A DNA stretch of 64,000 nucleotides from Epithemia pelagica (Eukaryota > Protista > Bacillariophyta). Every line of letters begins with the position of its first letter. Positions within the stretch are counted from its first letter, which is position 1. The stretch spans positions 62,001-126,000 of the forward strand of contig OX337239.1 of assembly GCA_946965045.2 (NCBI GenBank), given 5' to 3'. A program made the position numbers and the translations under genes. Shown here one piece after another: positions 48,020-59,971 of the stretch. The notes beneath the pieces were generated by a model, which was not told the DNA's origin, did not search any database, and was given only the letters and a program-made list of their open reading frames with translations.

Positions 48020-50439
48020 CTAGCAATCCAACACTCCAGCAAAAGCGCGATGAATGGCCGCCTGAGGCGACGACAGAGCATGAGAATGAGAATGACTCAT
48101 GCCTCCCGTATGAGGTGCTAGTACTGGTGATAGGTCCTGGTCCGGGTCGTCCGTCACGTTCTCGGACAGGAGATTGGGTGTTTGCGCGGCCAGTTTCCAA
48201 TCGTCAGCGTCCATGCGTCGCAACCGTGCCACAATGCGACTCAATCGTTCCATGGCAACGTCCAACACATCAGATGAGACCCAGGCATAGCAAATGCGAA
48301 ACATGCCGGGTTCGACATTGCGTTGACTGGCACCGGGCGTCAAGACCACGCGGGCATGATGAAACAAGATGGTGGACAAGATTTCTTCCCATTCAAACGT
48401 CTTGGCCGGTAACAAGGATGAAAAATCGGCATAGACAAACATGCCTGCCACGGCTGGAATGTAGGGAATGACCATTTCGGTTAATTTGGCCACACAGGTA
48501 TCATAGCTAGCCTTGAGACGACGACGGGATTCGGCCAAAAAGAAATCGACATAGACATCGTCCGTCAACAACTCGGCAACCAAGTACTTTTGTTGCAGTA
48601 TCGAGTCAAGATTTCAATAGAACAAAGAAAGAGAGAGTCACAAACCATGAGTGGAACAACCAGGTAGATATAGCACCGACAGACAATCACAGCACACACT
48701 TGGCGACTGCCTAACTTACTTGAATGGGTCCACTGACGCAGGTAAAAATGGAAAGAGTAGCCAATCCTTCCATTAATACTAGATTGTGGGTATACAAGAG
48801 ACCACATCGCAAGCCACTGGCCCCAAAATCTTTGGACACGGCCCACAAGACATGAACGTCTGTCCCCAAGTCATTGTCCAACAAGGCAATCACACTTTGA
48901 AACCGCTTTGTTTTTTTCCAAGAGGACAAGGAGGAATAGGTTGTCGTCATGGAGGAAGACTGAATAGCAGTAGAGGAGGTGGACGATGAGAGCGGATCGT
49001 CTCTCGTGTCTTCTTCCTCCTCGTTTTCGTCTTGATCCTTGTCGTCCATTGAATAATGGGTACTCAGAGCATAGATTTCATCCACCACAATGTGCAACTG
49101 ATGTTGTCGTGCCCAGGCAATGGTCCGTCGTAGGACATGGGGTGGATAAATCGTTCCCAAGGGATTGTTGGGGTTGGTCAAGAGCAAAAATTTGACCACA
49201 TTCTTGGAGTCTTTTTGGGCTTGCAATTCGCGCGTGGCGGTTTCGTACGCCTGATCGAGTTCGTCCAAAGTGGGTCCGAGCCAGGGTTGAGCTTGCGGAA
49301 TGCCTCGCGGTTGAATTTGGGCCATGAGATTAATGTCGTTTTCAAAGGCGGCATAATAGGGTTGAGGAATCAAACAGACATCGCCGGGTTCTCCCAGTAG
49401 AAAAAAGACATGATTGATCAAGGCGGCACATCCGGCTCCCAAGCCAATGCATTTGGGAGGAATTTCTTGCAATGCTTGTTCCGGTGTCAAGACCCAGTCG
49501 TCGTCCTTGTCGTCGTAGGTTCCGTCCGGGTCATGCGGTTCCTCAGGGTTGGATGCGGCGGCACTCAAATTGCCACCCGTGGTAGTTCGCAACAGACTGG
49601 ATCCTTTCTTGGTCGATTGGTCCGTCGTGTCGTTTCGTTCGAGTCCATTCTTCTTGTTGTTTGGTTGGTTGTGGGTGCCGTGTGTCCCACGTCCATGTAA
49701 AAAATGACGGGCCAAAAAGTAGGCCGCCGCTTCGCGGGCCACGGGCATGCCCAGCATGGAATTGTAGGTATAGACGCGAGAATCGGCAAAGGCGGCGGCC
49801 GTCGCCGGTTGTTGCCATCCACTCAAGCGTTCCGCCAACAAGTCCAAGACCAACTTGTTTTCCGCTACACACAGGGCAATAAAACCTTGACGCTGGCGAC
49901 GCTCATGGCCCAGAGTTGTCGTCATCGTCGAAGTATTAGCAGGGTCGTTGGGGTGCTTGTCCGTGTCGTCACTGTTGTTGTGGGCTGGTGATGGCTCGGT
50001 CGTATTCGAAATGATACACGGATTCTAGTATTGTAGATATCGCGTTGTGTGTTTTGTTGTAGGGGGAAGCCATTCGCATTTTGTGTAGAAGAATGGTCCG
50101 CATACACCGCATCCGTATATATATATAGAGAGTGTCATGACAGAAAGAGAGAGAGAGAGAGGCACATCACCCCGCACAATATAGAAATGAATCACAAACC
50201 ATGGATAGGACCGCAGAAGCAAGCAACGAGAGAGAAGGAGAGAACCAAAAAATACAAGAGTCCCAAACCAAAGACCATATTCGTATAGGATCATCATGGT
50301 CCCCACCGAGCATGTCCAAACCACAAACCACGGCACCGTACGATTATAATTCCAGAGAGAGTCACAACCATATAGGCGCCGCCACCCATGTGGAACAATG
50401 TCAAGAGGCATGCAAAATACAACACATTCGAAGTATGCC

Positions 50440-50501
<62 letters not shown>

Positions 50502-51237
50502 CCACAACAACAACAACAACCACAACAACAACAACAGCAAACGAGAGAGGGGAGGGACACGACGAGCCGCATCCATCGAACGAATCAACAAACCGACACG
50601 CAAAAATCACCAGTGAACGCAGTAGCAGCAGCCAAAAGAATACGAACAAGAACAAGAAGAAAGAACGAACCAATGAGAGACAATCTCGGGTTCCAACCGT
50701 CCAGCAATAAACGTGTCACCAACCATGTCCAAGTAAACGTACCGCCAAGCAATGCAAAAAGTGATGCAAATAGGGAATGGGTGGGGCCAAGGCCGCTTGT
50801 CCTCGACTGCCCACGACGGGAGGAGCATCGTTTGGGGTTTCTTGTGGTGGCTGTCGACGATCCGTGTACAAGATGGAAAATCGTTCGTGACGAGGAAAGG
50901 ATCGGCCCGACGACTGTGGTCGCTGGTATTTGGGGTCTTGTTGTTGGTCTTGTTGTTGTTGTCGTCGATGTTGATGCATCCACAGCGTGGCCAACACTCC
51001 ACTCATGACAAAGGCCGTCCATTCAATCAGCGTCGTGGCATCGTCCAGGTGGTGGTGGTTGTGGCTTCTGCTGTTCTTATTGGTCCAGGAAGACGACGAC
51101 AAAGAAGAAGAAAGAGCTGTCTGAAACGCATTCCACACACACTGCGTCCATCGAGACACGGACAAAAGGGGTATCGTGGCAAGTGGCACTGTCGCTACAG
51201 TCGTGGTGGTGTTTGTCGTTGTCGTTGTTGTCGTCAT
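48020..51237 (-). CDS. ACC-synthase-like PLP-dependent aminotransferase (class I/II) with an N-terminal hydrophobic segment; join(50743..51237,48720..50024,48020..48586), ~788 aa
   Basis: SRG.AAL.P..PY...F..CLA|NPC, GFIALCVAENKL, PQPYYAAFEND, LLTNPNNPLG, VVDEIYALS, SKDFGASGLRCG (PLP lysine) and PG.FRICYA. Both introns are GT..AG and phase 0. Confidence 0.85.
50441..50537. repeat. (CAA)n microsatellite in the 718-nt intron of the ACS-like gene
   Basis: A near-perfect CAA run of ~97 bp with two cca interruptions. Confidence 0.95.
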
Positions 51238-51499
51238 GGTCGTGCCACACCCGAAATCGGACCACAAAGATATGGACGAGGCGAATTCTCATCGTTGGAT
51301 CGTTCTTCGTGTGAGACCGTAACGCGACCAACTTGAGGGGTTGCTCCTTCGCGACGGACGGACGGTTCAGAAGACGGATAGCCGCCCCCGCTTATATAGG
51401 GGGACGTGCTTTTACTTGGGGGATAAACTCTCGAGCGGGAGCAAGAGAGTAACGCAATAGCCTTACCTGATGTGCTTTGCGACAGACAGCTGGAGAAAG

Positions 51500-53000
51500 C
51501 CACAACATCGTTTGACACAACCACAACAGAAGATGACCATGACTTGCACTGCTGCGGTTGTCCTTTTGGAGAGAATGGAATATACAAACGACTGGCAAGG
51601 GCGGATCGCGTTTGGAGCATGTATCGGCCGTAACCTTCCTAAAGATCATCCCAACGACAAGGACAAAGCACCAACGGTCGTCGTCGTGATGGGAGGACAT
51701 GTGAACCAGCAAGGCTATATGCGACCCATTCCGTTCTGTCATGGAATTTACCAGAACCTCCAAACAAGCAGTGGCGAGAGAAGGGACGCCCAGGAACAAA
51801 GAGACGTTGGGGAGCAGAGGCATTGGGAGGATCCAATCTAGAGTAGTTTCATTGGTGGCTGTTGTATCGCGAACGAATGGATGCCCAGGATTTGCTGGAA
51901 TCAGTGTTGTCATCCAGCAACGGGGCAAACGAGGCTCGTGGTTGTGATCTTTGGTTGCGATTGTCTATGGCTCCCAATCCTGAAATGCTCACTGGGGTGC
52001 AAACGTTTCTGGTTGGCCCGCGGATTCCCATATCCGTTGCTGTCACGGAGACCCCCAAACTTTTCTTGTCCCGCTGATTTTGATGGTCCGATCAAGTTAT
52101 CATTGGATGGAAATCAGCAGGCCAAGAAAAGTTTTTGGAGTCGACGTGACATGGACGGAAACTAGTTTCAGGGCCCATGCGCGATCCTCATCACTTACCA
52201 AAATGTACCAAACCGAACCTCACGCGTCCCTGTGAGACTATCCGATATATTCTCACAATGACGCGCGTGAGGTCCCAATGCCAGTTTGGGACATGTTACG
52301 ATTGGGATAGTCTCACAGTGTGACGCGTGAGGGAAAGGCCAAGAAGCACATCACCTTGTGTATCGCAAGACGAATTTGCAGTACTCGTATGGCATTTCAG
52401 CCCAATCGAACTTGGCTGTGGCAAAGCCGATACAACTGGGTGGGCGGCTGTTGTTTTTCTTTCGGTTGAGAGTCTTGATACTATAGGACTCCAATGCTCC
52501 TTCCGGGACTACCACCCATGATGGAAAAGGTCGATCATGGTTGGGAAGTGCGGTCATTGGACGTTCGGTGGAGTATCGGGAGCTTGTCAAGCTTGTTTGT
52601 GACACGGAGAATACAAAGAATGAGACGGATGCTTCTACAGTCATTTCCTCCTTGTCTGCTTGGAACACTCATTCGGATTTGGTACTTTTCGTCTCACGAC
52701 GACGTTGTACAGCGGTTGCTGTGGGATCCTGTCTGGTGGTGGTTGTGGGACAAGACAGTCTAGCAGTGCATGTCTTGGAGGATACGTACCGCAACCACGT
52801 GTGGATTCTCCCACCATTACAAGAAGAGATTTCTGGCGGTAGCTTGGTGACTGTCGCCAATCCGGTTGCCGTGATTGGTGGACGTTCGAATCGTACCTGT
52901 GCGACACTCATTCCTCGGATGGACCGTCATTCGTGGTGTTTTGGTCGACTCTGTGAGCAACATTCAAACAAATGGCGGGATGAGTGTTGTTTGGCGGAGG
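51500..53000 (+). pseudogene. Kelch family B copy 3, degenerate and interrupted
   Basis: Fragments DHPNDKDKAPTVVVVMGG, ERMDAQDLLES and GSAVIGRSVEY...AVGSCLVV..V.VLEDTYRNHVWILPPL...VAVIGG...DRHSWCFGRL, with non-homologous sequence at ~52100-52450. Confidence 0.7.
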
Positions 53001-53074
53001 GGCAAAATTGTTGTTGTTGTTGTTGTTGGGTGCCGTCATCATCATGATCAACAACCTTGTAGTTCCATCGACAA

Positions 53075-53280
53075 GTGGCAAATACTCCGCTCTCTCGCTC
53101 TCAATGTTGTGGATGATGAATGTTTCAGTTGTTTACATTCGTTCGACGATGTGGTGTGTGTGCCGCTGCTCTTGTGGCAAATACTCCGCTCTCTCGCTCT
53201 CAATGTTGTGAATGATGAATGTTTCAGTTGTTTACATTCGTTCGACGATGTGGTGTGTGTGCCGCTGCTCTTGTGGCAAA
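53075..53280. repeat. Near-perfect tandem duplication, 99-bp unit x2
   Basis: gtggcaaatactccgctctctcgctctc... starts at 53075 and 53174, with a partial third copy at 53273. One mismatch was seen. Confidence 0.92.
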
Positions 53281-53694
53281 AGCGATATATACAGAGTCGA
53301 TTCCGTACACGAATGCATGAGGATGATACCGTAAAGACTATATAAGATAGTACTACTACATGGATCTTCGTCTAGAACAGAGTTTGGTACACATGCATAT
53401 AGATGTTCTATTACAGAGTCGCTTGTTCCAGAATTTCAAGTCTGTGGTCATCCACACACGCATGTTTCGAGTGCACAATCCAGGAACGTGGAAAAAGAAA
53501 GAGAGAGAAAAGGAGAATAATCATGAGCCAGTACGGAGTACGTACTAACAATCACACACTTATGCAAAGGCACCCAGAATGGCTCCGCTTCTGGAGGCGA
53601 CCAAGACGCATGCTCATCCCGTCCTTTTCTTCTTGGGGTGGTTCTGCGAATGGCAGACTTGCCATCCTGTTGTGGCAACGAAACTGCCCGTCTC

Positions 53695-54929
53695 TCACTT
53701 GTGTGGTTGTCCCACTTGGCGCCATGCGGTATCGTTACGGTCCTCCAACAAGTGATTCCGGGCGCTCCACTCGGTAAAGTCCCGGCACAAGTCCGCGTAT
53801 CCAAGAGTCTCTCGCATGGAACTGTTCCAGGGTTGGACCAATGGATTGGAAAACTCGCAACATTCCTTGGCATACTGGACAAAGTTGGCGTGCTGGCACA
53901 AGCGCTCGTGTGTGGACCGGGACCGAGCTCGCGAGGGCGCCTGGTCCATGGGAATAAAGCCATAGTGGATCTCTCCAATCATGGTACCAATCGCCTGGAA
54001 CTCGGCCTCGGTCAAATCCGGAATCACATTGTATTCGCATCCTTCACAGTCCAGCTTGAGAACGTCCACGACAACCGGCACCGCCGCCGTCTCAGGATGG
54101 CCCAAGACGGACGCTAGAGCCGTTCGAAGTGTCATCACGGGCACGGAAAAGCGCACGGGCTGGCCGCCGCGGCCACGTCGTCGCCGCCGCCGATGATGTT
54201 CATCCCAACCCCGCACGGTAATGGTGGATTCGGGCCGCCACTCCAAGTGCAGTCGTTGATGGTCCTGGTCGTTGTCGCCCAGGGCCGCCCACAAGGAGTG
54301 CACCGTGCCAATCGTTCCGGCGACAAATTGCACAGTAGGTTGAATTGCTGCATGATCCACGTCGGAGAAGCTGCTTCCACGGCCACAATGGTGGCGTTGG
54401 TTTCCAGGGCCGTCAGGAGGGTGACAAGGCCCAGATTGGAACCACCGTCGACAAAGACCGGAGGCCTATTCGTACGACTACTCGTAGTAGTAGTAATATT
54501 GGAGGATGATTGCAAGTGCGCAAAAAAGGCACCGTATTCGCCGCGTTGCAATTCTTTTACCACTTGTGAGACAACCACGTCCCCCGCGGGGACCCACAAC
54601 TGGAGTGTCGAGTGCGAGCCAATGCGGCCCACCCGGTCCGAGGCTTGGGCGGCCTGAAGGGCATGCACCAGCACTGCATCGTCTTGGACCGTGTGCCGAT
54701 CTTGTTCTTCTTGTTGTTGCTGCATCAAGAGTGTGACCAAATCAAATGGTCCCAGAGGAGGAGTTGTAGTTTGGATTTTCTCTTGTGGAGATATCGTGCC
54801 ACAAACTGCTTCCATGGCCGACTTGAATTGTTGACAGGAGGACAAAAATTCGGCATAGGCGATCCAGAGTGTCACAATGGCTTGTTGGAGGGTATCATAT
54901 TCCATGGGGTTGTTGTTATTGTTGGCCAA
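53695..54929 (-). CDS. FkbM-family SAM-dependent methyltransferase, frameshifted at ~54303; 5' end uncertain
   Basis: VFVDGGSNLGLVTL...IVAVEA in the first frame, then ALG...VPVMTL...VDVLKLDCEGCEY...IGEIH in the second. One extra G (gca cgg gtg cac) would join them. Confidence 0.75.
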
Positions 54930-55330
54930 AAGTTGGGTTCTTGGTGAACCCGAGATCTATTATATGCCATGGTCGACCTGCGATTGCCATGGCCAGGCAC
55001 TGCACTCCTTCACCTGCGATGAGCCTATTGTGGGAGAAGGAAAAACAAGAAGACGTCACGTTGCGCAACAATGCCATGTCCAACAATTGCGCTCCCAGTG
55101 GTCCAACCTTGGTGTGAGACACATTCATGCAATGCCACTCCAGATTTCCTCTCATACCAGACATGAGCGTCGCTATGCCATGATCGTCGATTGCCGTACA
55201 AGCCAGGTCCAGAATTTGCCATGTGTTGTTTTGTTGCACCAACCAACCAGAGTCTCATGGCGTCGTCCCCAAAGCGATACAAGGACGACTCAACGCCTTT
55301 TGTCTCCTTGTTATCCTGCGTATGATCCAA
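54916..55330 (-). pseudogene. RNI-like LRR gene fragment
   Basis: FGDDAMRLW and WQILDLACTAIDDHG..L...WHCMNVSHTKVGPLGAQLL...FSHNRLIAGEGVQCLA...IIDLG, spread over two frames. Confidence 0.55.
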
Positions 55331-56629
55331 TTTTCCACCCGGCCAAAGTATCTGTTTTGGCTGTTCCTCTTCTCCCTTGCTCTTGTCTTGCTCGTCGTGG
55401 GAATAAACGAGAGAGCGGGGATCATTATTTTGCGCAACTGATTGGCGCTGTACTTGAAGTTGGAAGGAACCTCATCGTCATCATCGCCGTCATTGCTACT
55501 TCCATCACTGCTGCTACAATCGCTGTCACTGCTATGACTGCTGTCGTCGTCCCTCGTCTTTGTACCGCTGTTGCCGCCCCGAGTTTCGTAGAACGCCTTT
55601 GGGAACACTAACGAGATGACACGAGCCTCCTCCGTCATCACCACGACCCAGTGGTACAATGACACGATACTTGCCAGGAACCAAGGATTGTTTCAACTGC
55701 TACATAACAATTTTGTCGTTGGATCGAATTTCAATACACGATTTTGTCATTGAGGACAAAAGGGTCCCAACAAGTTGGCCACGGCCTTCTTGACAGAATG
55801 GACCGTACATTCCGTCCCTGTGACTGCCACGACACTTTCGGGAGACAACGTAGTCTTGTTCTTTTTCAACAAGAAGGAGGGTAATGAAATGGAAAAGGAC
55901 GCCCTTTTGGGCCTTGGGGCATAAAAGGAGGATGACCGCAACGGTAATGAAGATGATTCGGGTTCCTTGCTGTCGTTTGTCTTGTCATTCTCCTTGTTGT
56001 TGCTGCTGTTGTTGCCACTCGCAATGGGCGGTGGAGCAGAAAGGCTACTCGCCACCGTGTTCTTTATGGCATCGGCAGAAATCAATGTCATGGAATACAA
56101 TCGCGTTGGTGAAGGTCCAATCTTGTTGCTTCCCGACAAATATCGAGTGGGAGGAGCTTTGTCAGTCGACGACGGTGCCATTGTCTCGTTGGTGAGGGGA
56201 GACTAGGATGAAAGCGGTCAAGGAAGGGGACATGGATACACCCGGAGACGAGAGGATCCTTTTGCTTGTTGCTGTTGCAGAAACTGCTGACGCTGTTGCT
56301 GCAACTGTTGTCGCACCTGTTCATGTTGTTGATCTTATCGTGTATTGTTGAGACTGGGATTGCTGTTTGCGGTTCCCCAAGGAACTTTCCATTTGTTTCA
56401 TGCGATTGATAAATTTCATTACGAGTTCGTTGAGTTGTGACTTTTGACGTGACACGGTCATTTCCAGATCCTTTACCTTGTCGCTCTGCTTGGACTGTGC
56501 AGCCTCCATGAGCAAGTGTTGACGCACCAACTGGGATTGTTCTTGCTGCATCTTGGCCTGTTTCTGAGCCACAACGACCATGGCCGCCGTACTTGGACCA
56601 CTACTGGGACTATGCGGCCACTGCCGCAC

Positions 56630-57010
56630 TATGATTGGACTCTTGTTGGTCTTGTTGTCGTTGTCGATGATAATGCATCCACAGCGTGGTCAAAACTCCA
56701 CTCATGACAGAGGCCGTCCATCCAATCAAGGTGGCATCGTCCAGGTGGTTGTTGGTGCTAAGCAGGACGACGAGGCGAACGAGCCGTGTGAAACGCATTC
56801 CACACGCTATGCGTCCATCGAGACACTGACGAAAGGGGTGAAGTGGCAAGTGGCACTGTTGCTACAGTCGTGGTGGTGCGTGCCGGTGGCTGAGGTTGTC
56901 GTTGGTGTCATGGTGCAACACACCATGTGCCATTGAGAAAAAGATATAATAGGATGTGGATAGTGGATCTCTCGTTCTTCGTGTGAGACCGCAACGCGAC
57001 CAGCTTGAAA
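56630..57010 (-). pseudogene. Degenerate duplicate of the 5' leader and first exon of the ACS-like gene
   Basis: Colinear nucleotide similarity to ~50940-51340 (e.g. ccactcatgaca..ggccgtccat, tgaaacgcattccacac, gttcttcgtgtgagaccg.aacgcgacca). The copy has frameshifts and stops. Confidence 0.85.
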
Positions 57011-57244
57011 AGTTCCTCCTATTGTAAATTGTAATTAAAAAGTTCCTGTCCTGTTGTAACGTTGCTGATCGGACTCGCTCGGCAAGCTCGTGCCACGTTC
57101 CACCTCTCATCGTCAAAACAATCGAAGTCCATGCATCGGAAATCTTTCCATCAACGGATTCGTCCGTTGACATTCAGTTGATGGGACGATTTCCTGTGCG
57201 TGGATATCGGCTGCTTAGGCCCCAGAGCGGGGAATAAAGCGGAT

Positions 57245-57312
57245 GGATTAGAACTTCGAACCCACGACCTACGGATATGGGATCAACATGTGTACCACAA
57301 CGTCTGCATCGT
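57245..57312 (-). other. tRNA-like/SINE-head remnant
   Basis: The minus strand reads gatcccatatccgtaggtcgtgggttcgaa, with a B-box-like GGTTCGAA and a CAT in an anticodon-like position. The stems do not pair, so it is not a functional tRNA. Confidence 0.35.
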
Positions 57313-57917
57313 CTCTGCACGCCTGATACTGGATCTATATAACTTGCAACTCAGAAATTATGGAAACTAAATTAAGGGGGTGCCCCCACCCATCGGGGGC
57401 GAAGGGACCAAACATCGAGCTCCGGGGGCCCGTCGCCTTTTATTTAGATGTCCCCGCGCTCTCTCGCCGCGCCGGTCTGTCCATTCGTCTGTCGTGCGTA
57501 CCGCAATAGGTTCGCCGGGGGTCTGTCATCTAGCTCTAGCTAGCAATTCGTCACCTCCGTACTCCTAGGAGTAGCTAGAAATCAGAAGGACCACAGAGAG
57601 GTCATACATAGATCCAATCCAACCGCAACAAAGCGAGAAGACTGTGGAGTATATTATAGATCCTCTGTGATTTGTGCACGCGCAGATGAGAAAAGAGACA
57701 CGAAGAATACCCGCATGGGCGTCGGAGTGTGCCTCGGTGAATGACAAGAGCGCGTTCCATGTGTGGTAACATGGGGCGCAACCATTGGACACTTGTGTGT
57801 GGTGGTGGTTTGGAATCTGGAAAGACAAGAGCACAGTATGGCATTGTAGTAGTAGGAAAGGATTGTATCTATAGTAAATGCTTTGGTTCTCCCTCAACAC
57901 AGACGAACACACACATA

Positions 57918-57920
<3 letters not shown>

Positions 57921-57970
<50 letters not shown>
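57921..57970. repeat. (TC)n microsatellite
   Basis: Perfect TC run of ~50 bp. Confidence 0.95.
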
Positions 57971-57974
<4 letters not shown>

Positions 57975-58072
57975 TTTCACTTCTTCTCCTATACGACTAC
58001 TCTTCTAGCTAGCTACTAGGAGTGCTTTGGGATACTGTATTTGTTGTGGTTGTGGTTGTCATGTGGTTCTTC

Positions 58073-59134
58073 TTAGGGATGAAACAAGTCGGACCAGGAA
58101 TCATGATGTCCCGTCGTTGCGTCGTCGACCCGACTGTCACTGGCGGCCATTCCGGCTCCTCCCACACCCGACGTTTGTGGGGTCGTTGTACTAGTACTTG
58201 GAGTCGACGAGGAATCGTCCCAGGGACTGGACGTTCGTGTTGTCGTGCCTTGACTCCACCAGGGCGTTGTGGTGACTGTGGAATCGGGAGCCTCTTGCTC
58301 CACGAGCGTACCACCACTACTAGGACTAGTCGTCATGATAAGCTTGTGAATGCCACCGGCACTGATCCAGGCTACAAAGACCAATACCACAAGTACGACA
58401 AGGACTCCGACGCATCCAATGCCCCAGCAACAATGACGATTGCTGTTGTGGTTGGTTTTGGTGGTGGTTCGTCGGGTATTCCGTTGCCAGGGCCCGACAA
58501 TCAATTGTTGCAAGGCCCTCCACACCATGCGTCGACGTTCCTGGGCCAAGTTGATGTACACCGGTTGAGGTTTTTGGAATTTGGTTTCATCAAATTCATC
58601 TTCAAAGACACTGGCCGTGGCATGCGTGGCATTATCGTCGTCGCAGTCATTGTGGTTGTCGTTGGCATCCTTGGGTGTGCCACAATTTTTGGTGCCCCGT
58701 TCAACATCCATGGTTGTTTCACCAGCACTACTACAAGTCGTCGTGGTATGATAACGATTGTGGCGAATGGGAGGTTGGACCTTGGTGGCGGCCACATTGA
58801 GATAATAGGACGACAATTTGTTGGTCGTCGTTGTGGTTGTGGTTGTTGTTCCGTTGGCACTTTCGTTGGTTGGTTCCTCCACAGTCATGGTGGTCGTGGT
58901 CGTCGTAGAAGGAGAAGAAGGAGGAGAAGGAGGAGAAGGAGAAGTGGATGCAAGGGACCTGGCAGTGCACACGTCGTCGTCGTCGTCGTCGTCGTCGTCG
59001 AATGGTAATGATGGTGTCCTGGATGTGGATGTCGTTGTGGGAGGTTGTCGTCGTTGTTGGGATGGAGGAGTTTGGGGAGTTTGTGTTGGGGGTGGCTGGT
59101 CCATCCTTGTGGTGGTGGTGGTTTGTTCCGACAT
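58073..59134 (-). CDS. Hypothetical single-pass membrane protein with low-complexity regions
   Basis: Likely start MSEQ at 59134. Thr/Pro/Asp-rich region, then CCWGIGCVGVLVVLVVLVFVAWIS (TM) and a Ser/Thr-rich stalk. It may continue via an unrecognised intron. Confidence 0.45.
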   Translation of the reverse strand: MSEQTTTTTRMDQPPPTQTPQTPPSQQRRQPPTTTSTSRTPSLPFDDDDDDDDDVCTARSLASTSPSPPSPPSSPSTTTTTTMTVEEPTNESANGTTTTTTTTTNKLSSYYLNVAATKVQPPIRHNRYHTTTTCSSAGETTMDVERGTKNCGTPKDANDNHNDCDDDNATHATASVFEDEFDETKFQKPQPVYINLAQERRRMVWRALQQLIVGPWQRNTRRTTTKTNHNSNRHCCWGIGCVGVLVVLVVLVFVAWISAGGIHKLIMTTSPSSGGTLVEQEAPDSTVTTTPWWSQGTTTRTSSPWDDSSSTPSTSTTTPQTSGVGGAGMAASDSRVDDATTGHHDSWSDLFHP

Positions 59135-59337
59135 GTGTGTGTGTGTGTGTGTGTCCCTCCAATAATCCAGTGTGTCCCAACAAGACAAACAAGAGAGAGA
59201 GAATAAGATGATGGATGTGTTGCCTCGGCAGTCGATTCGCGGCGCGCTCTTTCGTCGGACTCGCCAAGATCGATCTCCTCGCACTCTTTCGTGATCGCTC
59301 AATCTCGGCGTGACGGACGGACGGACGGACGGTCTCG

Positions 59338-59971
59338 ATGCAGACCAAGACCAAAAATTTTGCGAGTCCTCCGATTGCCGCCAGGCGGCGCAAACACCGG
59401 ACACCGGTCTCATGTTTGGTTGTATTTGTGGACGACCGCGTCGTCCTCCTCCGTCGTACCCCAGGAAAAGGAGGCTCCGGCCCACTCCTTGCGTAGCTTG
59501 CACGATTCCCAGTATCATGATGATCTGGACATGCCCGCCCTCAAGGCGCACATGACGAGCGAACCCGATCTCGAGTTTTTGATTCGCGTGCCCATTGAAC
59601 AGGTCCAAAGTGGACCCGTCTTTGCCACCGTGTTGGACGATGAAATGACCTTGTCGGAACCCATTGGCGTCTACTTTGGCGTGTGCAATGCCGATTTTTC
59701 CGTCGCGGCACCCGAAATCTTTTTGGGCTGTCGCACCACGTTCGTGTTTGACAATGGCACGATTGGACCTAAGGGTCCCACAACGCTGTCCGCTCAAGGC
59801 TTGGCGGTGACCATGGAGGGTGGCTTTTGCATTATTTTGGCCGGGACCGGCGTGTTTTGGTTCGTTGCCAGCAACACAATCACAACCACAACTACAACCA
59901 CACAGTCACACAACCTCAACCACCCACACCAGCATCATCATCATTTCATATTCCACGAAAGAGAGAGATGA
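59338..59971 (+). CDS. Small protein with a possible dirigent/allene-oxide-cyclase-like barrel; 5' part frameshifted
   Basis: The reading frame from 59291 encodes HSLRSL (RXL), GPVFATVLDD...PIGVYFGVC...CRTTFVF...GGFCIILAGTGVF. Candidate ATGs at 59338 and 59412 are in other frames. Confidence 0.35.

Noticed and set aside
50025-50710. Poly-Q, poly-N, poly-T, poly-L, poly-C and poly-V ORFs
   Set aside because: Translations of the intronic (CAA)n microsatellite in six frames.
7077-54929. GT2-sulfotransferase, G8 protein and FkbM methyltransferase as a biosynthetic gene cluster
   Set aside because: They are spread over ~48 kb with many unrelated genes between them, so proximity alone is not enough. 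It is kept only as a co-expression test.
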